From: Octopus sinensis
Lineage: Eukaryota
NCBI RefSeq assembly: GCF_006345805.1
Contig: NC_043004.1
Location: forward strand, 6,510,001-6,574,000
Length of the DNA: 64,000 nucleotides
Direction: 5' to 3'
In this document: in pieces, positions 52,701-64,000 of the stretch
How positions within the stretch are numbered: position 1 is the stretch's first letter
Layout of the letters: the number at the start of each line of letters is the position of its first letter
The notes under the pieces: generated by a model
The model's database searches: none
What the model was told of the DNA's origin: nothing
Seen by the model: only the letters and a program-made list of their open reading frames with translations
Position numbers and translations under genes: made by a program

Positions 52701-55491
52701 ACAAATATTAACATGGATTCGTTATCGGCTGCCACTTCCATTCATAATGTATCTTTTCCTGATAATAATAGAATGACCACTCCGCGCAGGAACAAGTTCG
52801 TATTATCACATCAGTTTTTTTATCGTATATTCCTTGTTGCATGCGAAACTGAAATCTTACTGCTCTGCTGAAATTTATTTCAGTCACTTGACAATCTTTC
52901 ATCAACCTTTACAGTTTATATTATTCTATTTTAGCGGCATGCTACCAAAGCCTTTCACCGCATATTACCTTCTTGAGATCTATTAATTTCACATTTTTAT
53001 TTATTTCACACAATGGTTATTAATTTAGATATAATTGAAAATAGGAATTACAGTGCGAATTGGAATTCTTCTGAAACTCGATCGCTTCGAAATATTTGTT
53101 TTAAGCTCGCAAACTTGTTTCCCTACAAGTGGATGGAACGATCGGATCCAGAAGGTTCTTTGTACATAATCCTTTATAGTTTAGCTTTCTTGTGTATTAA
53201 CTGCTAACACTGAAGTCCAGCGATTATCCATATCGCGCCATCTTAATACTCTCCCCTCCTTTTTGAATCCATTTCGACATTGTTTATGTTTTTCTTCATC
53301 TGGCGCTCTTTGCTGATCGAATGAAATTCTACAACGTAACGTTCAGGACCAACGGCATAAATTTAGGCGGTTATTTATCAAACCACGAAATCTTCAATTC
53401 GGTTTTTATAATTACAAACAAACATTTTTTATTTTATTGTTTTAGAAAAGAAAATAATGACAAATAATTAAAAAAAAAAAAAAAAGAAAGCACAGGAGAG
53501 GATGAATTCATTAAACAATATTAAAAATCTGTTTCCTCGAGAACAATATCAAAGAAAAGTTTACGAATCAATTGAGACAAAAAAAATTGGGTTGTTTTTT
53601 TTTCGCGGGATAATGTTATAAGCGATCGTTGAAATATTAATCAAAGGTCACACATCTATGAAAGGGGTCAACCGATAATTGTGTGGAAGCTCGATTAATA
53701 TATTATCCCGAATTTTGGCATCTCCTTCCACTTGTGGATTTTTTAAAGTTCTTATTTTTCAGGTTATAGAAGCACTCTCAATGATGTCTTTATTTTTACT
53801 ATAGGATGGTCTCGCGGCGTAGCGCAATTAATTCTAAGAAAGAATCAATTCCAGGACCAGAACTTTCTCGACCATGGAATTTGAACTTTGCACAGAGTGC
53901 CGCAAGGTATTTTATCTAACACTCTGCCAAACGGTTCAACTTGAAGGGCAGACTCTATAAAGCCATAGAATATTTCTTCCGGCTCTTCAAATCCCGCCAA
54001 ACTCAACCCTGCTTTTTATCCCTCCGGCATAGATAAAATAAAATACCTATGCTGTGAACAATAAGCTAGTTGACTGCGATGGGTTCGCAAAATCTGTGTT
54101 CAGTCGAGGATCATCATTGCATTTAATCCTTCCAAGATCAATATCGTGAATACACGAGTTAATCTAGTCATCTGTACACATCGTCTAAATTTGACTAGTC
54201 TCTTATTTTATTGTCATAATAAAAACGATTCCGGAATAAATTGTAAAGCCCAAGCACTAGGATTTTGTTAACTTAGTTTGCGTGTATATACTGCTGCAAG
54301 AACATGTTTTATAAGATTTTACTTTTTTTTTTATATTTCAATTACTGCTATAAAGAATAACACAGGTTCAGGCGTGAACATCTAGTTTTTTGTTTTTTTC
54401 TATACATACATATGGTTTAAATGAAGATGGTACATTTTCACTTGAAGATATTCGGTTTCCATTTCTTTAGCAACAAATCTTTTGCCTTTGTTTCAATAAA
54501 CCACTTTAATAGGAAATACACATCCACATATATATATAGTGATCATTTTGCGTCCGATTTTCCTGGTAGCATGTTTGACGGGCCCTCAGTGTGCGCTCGT
54601 GTTTTAATGCGTATTCTGGATTTCAACGTGGAAAATTAATTAAAATGGGAAGCAACTCGAATTTGAAATCTTATGGCGATTTGGATAGTTTGAAGAATAA
54701 CTGATTGGAAAATAAAAAGCTTATGTTTATGAACTGTCAGTGTTTGTGGAAAGGAACTTAGAAATTACAATAAGATCAAGTTCTGAAAAATTCCATTGTA
54801 TCCCTTTTTGCATTTGTAATGAATATATTCGTCACCATCCACCGGTTTGAGAGTCGGTGTTTCGGTCTAGACATAATCGTCAAGGGGAGAGAAATAAACA
54901 TTATATTGAATCAACATATTTTGTTATCATTAAGCACCAGGCTGACGTTAGTCGGAAAAAACTATGATTAAAGATGTTCCAGTTGTGACTACCTCATCTT
55001 TTTACGGGTATTTAGAACTATATTATCGAATATGTGATCTGAGAATATAATTGACGAAAAGGTGAAATAATTTTTAGAGAATCTGTTGCTTGTATTGCGC
55101 TTATGTGCAGTTCGGTATTTAGCTTCGCGTTTCCGAATTCGGGGTCGATAAATGGGTACCAATTAGATGTCGGAATACTTTTTGATCGAGTGTGACCATT
55201 TTATGGAATTGGTCTTGTTGAATAGCAGAAATTTTCTGTCACCTGTGCTCTAATTAATTAATGTATGGATATTGCTCATTTTACTTTACATCTCCTATAG
55301 GAATGAAGTATGAAAACCTTTTTACTTCATAAATATAAAAGAATCTGATCTGATATTGTAGTTATCTTGTCACATAATATTTTGTTATATTCAATTAACC
55401 AAGTTAATACCTTACTTGTCTGAATTTTCTCCCATAGCTCTTGTTTCACCTGGTAACTTTTCTTCATTGTTTCAGAGATGATCGAAGACAA

Positions 55492-58400
55492 ATGAGTGAG
55501 AATTCCAGTCCATTACGTAGTCCACTCAGAAGAGACGACGCCTGTGGAGGACAAAACTCAAGGTCTATTTTGCTTTTTATTTCCTACATGTTCTGGGGAA
55601 AACACAGAATAAAGGTCTGTGCTAGATACTGAGTGTATCATTATCATTTAATACCCAGTTTCCAAGCTGGCCTGAACCGGACAGTTTGACGGGATTTGGC
55701 ATGGTCTCTGAATAGTGGGGGGGGGAACCCTCACGAATAACTGGTGCTAATATTTGAAAAGGAGGTGGCTTTATATCAGGTGAAGAAAGCCAAAGTATCA
55801 GTGGGACAAGCACATATGTCTTCATAAAGGAAATACATGGCTATCCAACATAAAGGACAGGTGGTAAGTAGTTGGGAAGAAGATAAAGATGGTAGTGATG
55901 GAGTGCCAGAGAAATTTTTCAATGTCCAAGAAGGTAAGCATAAGAGAGGGTACTATCTGCTTTCCATGCTGGGTAGTGTAATAATATCAAATCCTGCTGG
56001 GCTGAAATTTTTCTTCATATCTTCAGGTAAAGGAACCACATAGGCTGCCTCTATCTTATCACTCAGCCTTCTAGGAATATTGGCTTCCCTCAATACAATA
56101 CTGCACAAAAGTGAAGCATAGACTATTACCAGTTTTTAGCGCTCTTTTTCTTATGCTCTATTGATATTGTTGGGTAGGGAATGAAAGTAAAAATATTTTT
56201 GCTGAAGTAATTGACTTTTACTAATTTTCACTAACTGCCTTTTGATGCATAGAAAGGTACCTAGAGAAAGCAGAGAGAAGTAGTTAAATGTTTCAAGGTT
56301 AAAAGTGGTTATATGCTGAGGAAGTCAACTCAGAAAGAAATTTATAGAGTTGAGTGAGTGAGTTTGCAGTGGTGGGTGAAGAATATTGGGAGGTGTTCTC
56401 ACATTAGTAACAAAACTGTATGTATACTCTGCATATTCAGCAACATGCAATATACAGTGAAGCAGCTAAGCTAGAAAAATGCTGTTGCTTATTTATAGGT
56501 AAAAAAAATATGCTACCTGTTGGCCTTGCTCAGCTGTAGTGTAATACATCTAATGTTACTAGGTCTGTGCACATTAACAGTTATATATTTCTGAAATTTA
56601 GTGATCCTGCCTGTGATCTCACAAAGCTTCTACCTGTCATTGTGTGGGTGTCACCACTGTTTCCGATGGATTGACACCCAGGGTAAGTAGCTGTCATGTG
56701 CTCTGCCTTGCCAAAATGTAGCTAATGTTTGGTTCAGGGCAGCTTATTGCCATATTCACTGCCTGTATGAAGAAATCATTCCACTATCCTCTACCAGGGG
56801 TTCTCCAGGTTAGAGTTCTTTCTCCTAATCCTATTATCATCATTTAATATCTGTTTTTGATACTGGCATAGGTTGGGTGATTTGAAAGAATCTGATGAGT
56901 TGCAGAGCTGCATCAAGCTCCAATAACAGCTTTGCTATGGTTCCTATAGCTGGATGCCCAACACCCATCTCCATGCAATTGGTACAAGAGACTTGCAAAC
57001 ACTCTTCAGCAAAGTGGAAAAATCCATGAAAGATGAGTGAATGTTATATGTCTTTCATTATGTATGCAAGGGGCAGGGTCACCGTATCTAGTTGGGTGTT
57101 TATCTGATTTAGCAATTACACTCACAGAGTGGTTGGCGTTAGGAAGGGCATCCAGCTGTAGAAACATTGCCAGATAAGACTGGAGCCTGGTGCAGCCTTC
57201 TGGCTTCCCAGATCCCCGGTCGAACCGTCCAACCCATGCTAGCATGGAGAATGGATGTTAAACGATGATGATGATGATGAATGCTTGACTATGAATGGCA
57301 TTGGTGCTGGTGCAACTCCTGGCATTGCCAGCATGGAAAACTGATGTTAAATGATGATTATAAAACTAGTTTTTGTATCTTATATATACTGTGTATACAC
57401 TGAAGCAGTGTTTTAGCATTAGCTACTTTTCAAGAGCCAATTTGTATTATGTCGTAGAAATATTAACATCGTGTGTTGGATCTACTCAGAAAAGACATAT
57501 GGTTACTTCATGACCTTAGTAGCGAGGGGGAGAGAAACTTGAGGCCTTGTCCAAATTCTTGCAAATATGCACTCTGTTAAATGAAACCAAAGGCTGCATA
57601 TTATATTTCCTATTTGGTGCATTCAACCATTATGTTTGCTGATTGAATTACATATTTTTATTTTTCTCTTGCTCGTTTTTATTTGTTCTTTCATATATTG
57701 AGATTTTTGCATTGGTCTTTGTATTCATTTTAAATCTTGTGTATATTACAGAGATAATAATCAAAAGTTTCATCAACGACGTTATCGCTATAAGCCCCAG
57801 GAATTTCCTCCTCTTCCGACTACTCCAGAATGGTGAGAAATTTTCTTTGTATTTTAAATGCGTTTGTGTCTGAGCAACTAAAGTGGGTTCAACTAGGCTA
57901 CTAAATGAAATCTCAAGCAGTATCATTAGGTTTGGTGCATTATTTCCTGTTTCAGTCAACTAACTTAGATATAGAGAATCCAGCTGTGTAATATTTGTAC
58001 CAAATGTCCAGCAATAGTATCCTATCACTTGCAGGACCATTGAACCATAAGTGGTGTAGAAAAATATTAAACATATGCATTCTGTGGGTTGCTGAATGAG
58101 GGATCTTGAAAAGCTGTTTCAGCAATAATGTACTTATAATGGTTGATACAATTTTATGGTTCTTCGTAACCCTGTCAGTGCAGGTTCCACTTATGAAGTG
58201 GTTGGCATTTGGAAGAGTATCCAGCTGTAAAAACTTTACCAAAACTGACCTTCCCTGCTGTGCTTCTGCCACGTAAAAAGCACTAAGTCCACTGCTTGGT
58301 GGTTGGTGTTAGGAAGGGCATCCAGCTGTAAAAATTCCTGCCAAAACTGTCACAGGCTTCTGGCTGGCCGACTCCTGCCAAACCATCCTACCTATGGGAG

Positions 58401-59176
58401 GTGGACATTCACCTGTGCTGTGTGGTTGTTGTGGCCTTTGTAACAGTTGCTGTATGTTTTACTTTGTATTCTAGTCATCATCATCGTTTAACGTCTGCTC
58501 TAACTTGTTCTTAATTTCTGGAGAGGCTACATTATTGATTATGTTGTAAGCATATTCTTTTTCTATAGGTGCCATGTCCAGAATGTAGGACATAAGCGAT
58601 CATGCCTTCCCACAATTCTCTGACTGTCTTTCTTTTGTTTTTTACTTCTTTCAGTCATTGGGTTGTGGTCATGCTGGGCCACTCACTGCCTTGAGTGTGT
58701 TAATAGAATAAATCAACCCTTGTACTTATTCTTTTGTTTCTCTTTTGCCTAACTTAAGTTACAGGGGACATAAGCACCAACATTGCTTGTCAAGCAGTTG
58801 TGGGTGACACACACATGCATGATGGGCTTCCACACAGTTTCCATCTGCCAAGTTCACACACTGTGTACATTGCTGTTACTTTCGTTTCCTTGCAGGACTC
58901 CTCCAGCTCAGGCTACAACAGGGGTTGAGTGGTCCAAGAGAGCCACTCCTAAATCTGAGGTTGACTTAACATGCGAACTCCAAGATTACGAACATCGAGC
59001 CAGGCAAGAACATAAAAGCTTAAAAAGGTAATAAATTGCTTTCTTTGTTGTTTCATTTATATCGTCTCGTAGAGCAGTTTGTTCTAATAATGCTGATGTT
59101 TACTCATTTACTTTTGCTTATTCACCAGGTATTGCCGTAAACTAGAATTGAATCAGAGAGGAAGAAAGAATACAGA
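55492..59176 (+). CDS. SLBP: Probable histone RNA hairpin-binding protein (SLBP), N-terminal exons; continues beyond window
   Basis: Exons 55476-55562, 57752-57832, 58896-59027 and 59129-59176 are each phase 2-2 and join into one open frame: MSENSSPLRSP...EFPPLPTTPEW...KSLKRYCRKLELNQRGRKN. This resembles vertebrate SLBP SFTTPE and EMARYKRKLLINDFGRERK (recalled, not aligned). The RNA-binding domain was not found in the window. The exon chain is more certain than the name; start codon and first exon are uncertain. Confidence 0.6.
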
Positions 59177-60183
59177 GTAAGTGATTTCCTTTTTTTAATC
59201 ATTAAGTTGTTGAGATTTTAAATCTGTGGAGATAGAGAGGATTATAAGGGAGCTATATGCATGGGTCAGATAGGATTTAGTGAAACGGATTTTCTACAGC
59301 TGGATGTTTTTCCTGTCACTAACTCACCCCTGCTTCCAGATATGGTAATATTTTCCCACAGCTAGGCATCTTTTGTTCATAGGTGACTAGAAATCAATAA
59401 CTTTACTTGTATAACAGTGACATTCATTTACAACCATCATGTGATGTTATAGCATAGGGACACATATAGAGAGAGGGGTTTATATGGTGGGTGTCTTTTA
59501 CTTTCCAGCTACTGAATCCTCTCTCAAGGATTTTGTAGGCAGTGGACACCCATGGTGCTGCACAGTGGGAGTGATCCAAGAATCATGGTTCGGAAGCAAG
59601 GTTTCCCAAGGAGTTTTTTTATGAGCAAAAAGTGGGAGTTGCATTATATTTGAGATACGGTTATTGGTAGTGCCCCAGCATGGCAGCAATTTAATGACTG
59701 CAACATGTTATAGAATATGAGTGTGTACATCTGAACATAAGTTAGTGTGTAGAATAGAAGCATGCAAAAGAAAACATACATTTGACATTACCATGTTGTA
59801 TGAGAAGGCAATTGTCATTATTATCATTTAATGTCCATGTTCCATGCTGGCATGGGTTGGATGGTTTGAGAGAGTCTAATGGGTTCAAGAATAGCATTGT
59901 GCTGTCTGCTTTGGCATGGTTTTTAATGTTGGATGGCCTTTATAGTGTATACTGGCTGTTTTTTTTTCATTCAACTAGCACTAGTGAGTCTGGTTACCTT
60001 GCACCTCATGAAACTACAAACCTTGAGAGGTGGGGTGCTTTATGCTATGATATAAGAGGGTGGAAGCTGAGCAGGTTCTTCTTGTAGAGGTGCTACATGG
60101 CTGCTCTCATTTGAAGAGGGGGTAGGAATAATCAGTAGGAGCTGCAAAGAGAAAATATTTTTATTGAAAAAAAAAAAAAAAAA

Positions 60184-61390
60184 TCAAACCAAATCAAAAT
60201 AGATGAATATCAATGAATTTGTATCTTGTGGTTCCAGTACCGGTGGCACCAAGAAACCATCCGAGTGGCCGTAGCTGGTACCGCATCGACTGGCCTCCGT
60301 GCTGTGGGCACAACAAACACCATCTGATCGTGGCCGTTCGCCAGCCTCACCTGGCACCTGTGTCGGTGGCACATAAAAACACCATCCAAAGACCCGGCGA
60401 CGTAGTCAGTCCACCTGTGCATACCTTCCCTCTTATGACACTTGGAAGACCTGTTGAGGCAAGGCAAGTGTGTGCACTTTGTGAAGACCTGTTGAGGCAG
60501 AGGCAAGTGTGTGACACTTGTGGAGACCTGTGAGGCAGTGTGTGACACGCGTGACACTTGTGAAGACCTGTTGAGGCAAGTGAAAAAAACCAAATCAAAA
60601 TAGATGAACATCAATGGAATTGTATCTTTGTGGTTCCTTACCGTGGCACACAAAAAACCATCCGATCGTGGCCGTTCGCCAGCCACATCTGGCACCTGTG
60701 TCGGTGGCACATAAAGACACCATCCGAGACGGCGACGTAGACAGTCCACCTGTGCATACCTTCCTTCTTGTGACACTTGTGAAGACCTGTTGAGGCAAGT
60801 GAAAATCAAATCAAATCAAATCAAAACAAATCAAAATAGATGAGCATAATGGAATTGTATCTTTGTGGTACCAGTGCCGGTGGCACACAAGAAAATCATC
60901 GAACGTGGCCGTAGCCAGTACCGCATAGACTGGCCTCCGTGTTTTGGGACGTAACAACACCATCCGTTCGTGGCCGTCCGCCAGCCTCATCTGGCACCTG
61001 TGGTCGGTGGCACATAAAAACACCATTGAGCGTGGCCGTCTGCCAGCTCGTCTGGCACCTGCAGCCTCATCTGGCACCTGTGGTCGGTGGCACAAAAAAC
61101 ACCATCCGAGCGTGGCCGTCTGCCAGCCTCGTCTGGCACCTGTGTCGGTGGCACATAAAAACACCATCCGAGCGTGGCCGTTCGCCCAGCTCGTCTGGCA
61201 CCTGTGTGTGGCACATAAAATCACCCACTACACTCTCGGAGTGGTTGCGTTAGGAAGGGCATCCAGCTGTAGAAACACTGCCAGATCTGACTGGCCTGGT
61301 GCAGCCTTCGGGCTCCCAGACCCCTTGAACCGTCCAACCCATGCTAGCATGGAAACGGACGCTATGATGATGATGATGATGATGATGATG
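60184..61390 (+). mobile_element. RTE-derived 3' element with triplicated 5' module, VNTR and (GAT)n tail
   Basis: Module (CAAAT)n-agatgaacatcaatggaattgtatc at about 60184, 60587 and 60803; repeated gaagacctgttgaggcaag; array of ggtggcacataaaaacaccatcc units; same tail as 25982-26149. Confidence 0.8.
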
Positions 61391-64000
61391 TTTTCAAACC
61401 AGTCATCAGGAATTGGGGTTGTGGGTGGGAGTCCATTTAAATTGACTGTACCTGGCCAAAATAATCTACCTGTTTTATCTTCAAATTGGCCATATCCAAC
61501 CTTACAATAACCCTAAAGTATCATTGTAGAAATAAACAGTCGCATTAAAATCTCAAAGCTACAAGGCGATGCATAGCAAGTTCAAATCTGTGTAAATGAA
61601 TAAACATTACTATTGACACAAATCTGAATGCCAAAGAGATAACGTACCTGATATGCTTAGCTGCAAGTCAGCTCTGTGGGAGCAGTTACCCTTTTAGCAT
61701 TCGGGTTATGTTGGAAAATGTAATGCTTATCATTGTTGTGAATTAATCATGTTTTCTAGTTTTGAGATTGTAGTGATGTGAGAGACTGGATCTGGTCAGT
61801 TTGATCATTAAACAGGTAAATTAATGATTAAAGATTTATATACAGATAAATTGTTCTAACATCCACTTTTTCATGCTCGCATTGGTCAGAGTGCATTTGT
61901 GGAAGCAGGTATGGTGATATTTCCCTGTAGCCAGGCATGTTTTCACTGAAGACTGAAAATGAAAAGTTTCGCTCGTACAACAGTGACAGCTTGGTAAACA
62001 GTAATGATGATGATGATAGCAACATAGGCAGTATTAATCCTTTAGCCTTTAAGCCAGCCATATCTGGGCCATGCATGCTACCTGTTTTATTTTCTAACCA
62101 TCCAGATCCGGCCTACCACACTACCCTTCAGCACCATTCTGAAAATATACAATCACATCACCAAAATTTCATACCCATGAAATAATGCATGATTAATAAA
62201 AAAATAAATAATTTGAATGAAAAAGTATTACATTTGGCAGAATTATCTGAATGCTAAAGGATTAAACATGGCTGTTCTGTTAGAACAGACTATACTGTGG
62301 TAGTTATCATGAGAGAAATTCTCATATTGGCTTTTAGTGCAAAATATACTCTTGTTTATATTGCTGCTGAGGAGAGACATCCCCACCAGCACCAAGATCA
62401 CCAGATCCCGTAATTTCAACCTTTCTTGGTTTTGTCAATGATGGATGCTTGACTGCTAGAGATAGGGATTCAACTCCCAATGATATATGGAATAACAATG
62501 CCAGAAAATATGCTGGTGTTGTGATTAGCCACTGAGCTTGTTAAAAATATAATTTTTAACAAGCTCACTGGGTGTACGTCATTGCTGGCAGGTTTATGCA
62601 GTTGAGAAGCTTGCTTCCCAACTACATCGTCACAAGTTCAGGTCCACTGTGTGGCACCTTGGATGAGTGTCTTCTACTGTAGTCCCAGGCTGACCAAAGC
62701 CTGCCTCATGGGTGAGTTTAGTTGAAGGAAAGTGAAAGAAGCCAGTCATGTATGTGTACCTTTTACCTTGACCTCACATGATGGCCGTAAATGAGCATCA
62801 CCATCATACAAGGGGTGTTGATTGTTTCTGGTCTACCATGGAAAAATGTGTCTGTTCATAGGAAATATTAACTTGCTTGGAAACAGGTGAGGGCTGGGGA
62901 CAAAAAATGTAACTGGCTGTTGAAAATATACCTCAACAAATTCAATCTGACCCATGTATGCATGAAAAGGAGGGTAGATGATAATGATGGTGAAATGCTG
63001 CACAACTTTGGAAACCGTCTTTTTGGTCGTGATACTAGAGATATAAGGGACTAACAAAAGATTTTTCTGTACTCCATGTTTTCCATACTGGTATCATTGG
63101 ATGGTTTGACAAGATCTGGTGAGCTTCAGGGCTGTGTCAAGCTTCAATGTCTGCTTTGGCATGGTTTCTACAACTGACGGTGAAGGCCCCCTCGGCTTTG
63201 TAGGTGGTGGGTGGGTACTTGAGAGGGCAGGATTATACTAGATTTCAAGAGGTGTCTTGCTATAGAGGAGATGCATGGCTATCAGGTATATTATATAAAG
63301 GTGGATGGGAGTAGTTGGAAAGAAACTAGAGATGGTGGTGAAATCTGGAATAAATTCATTCTCACTTCCAGTGTTTCTGCTAAACTTGGTATCATCATCA
63401 TTTTTTACTTCCTTGTTGGCATTGGTTGGATGGTTTGAAAGGAACTGGTCGATGCCCTTCCTAACGCCAGCGACTATACAGTGTGTACTGAGTGCATTTT
63501 ATGTCGTATCTGCACCAATGCTTTGTTATCTCTACTGGAAATAGTCAATGAATGTGATGCGAGTGTTAATTTAGTTCAGGTGTAGAACATTATAAAGATG
63601 ATGTGTGGACTGGAGGAATGTCTCTCCTCTCCATCCCACCCACCCCTTATTTATTTGGCACAAATTTCAAATCATGAAATGTTAGGAAAGGTTCCGCATG
63701 CATGTGTTTATCTTGTGAGGTCATGTTATTCATTCATGGCCCTAGAAACCTTCTCAAGTCCTGACAGACTATGCAACCCATGCCGGTATGGAACATGGAT
63801 GTTAATTGACAATGATGATTTATAATTACAGGCAGTATTTAGTGGATGGGTTGGTAATTAAGGACATTGAGTGGCAGGCTGTTAAAACAGTTATATCTTT
63901 CAGATGTTGATGATTAGTAGCAATGCTAATGATAGATCTCTTTGGGATTCTGGTTGGGTTTTGATATTATTTGGAGCTCTTATAGTCTCTGTCTTATTTT

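Noticed and set aside
62340-62420. Possible next or terminal phase 2 exon of the plus-strand gene (AKYTLVYIAAEERHPHQ...)
   Set aside because: No similarity to SLBP and it would end before the RNA-binding domain.

Overview
AT-rich, repeat-dense animal genomic DNA. The SINE, RTE and microsatellite content suggests an octopus (inference). Three spliced genes were reconstructed by hand: (1) the last two exons of a clarin-family gene (+, 2167-5470); (2) a complete 14-exon, 470-aa Cdc25 phosphatase with intact HCEFSSER (-, 13542-51973); (3) the 5' coding exons of a divergent gene most resembling SLBP (+, 55492->59176). Genes 2 and 3 share a head-to-head promoter with E2F, NRF1, CCAAT and CHR motifs. 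Introns hold a disrupted RTE LINE with a PHD-like finger inside its RT and a higher-order tandem repeat in its 3' UTR, many 3'-truncated copies of it, CR1-like, piggyBac, Tc1/mariner, Helitron-like and LTR remnants, MITEs and nested tRNA-SINEs. The top observation is a type I minimal hammerhead ribozyme (-, 12242-12287) in sense orientation about 1.25 kb past the Cdc25 stop codon, in or just behind its 3' UTR. It has one stem II mismatch, so activity is unproven.
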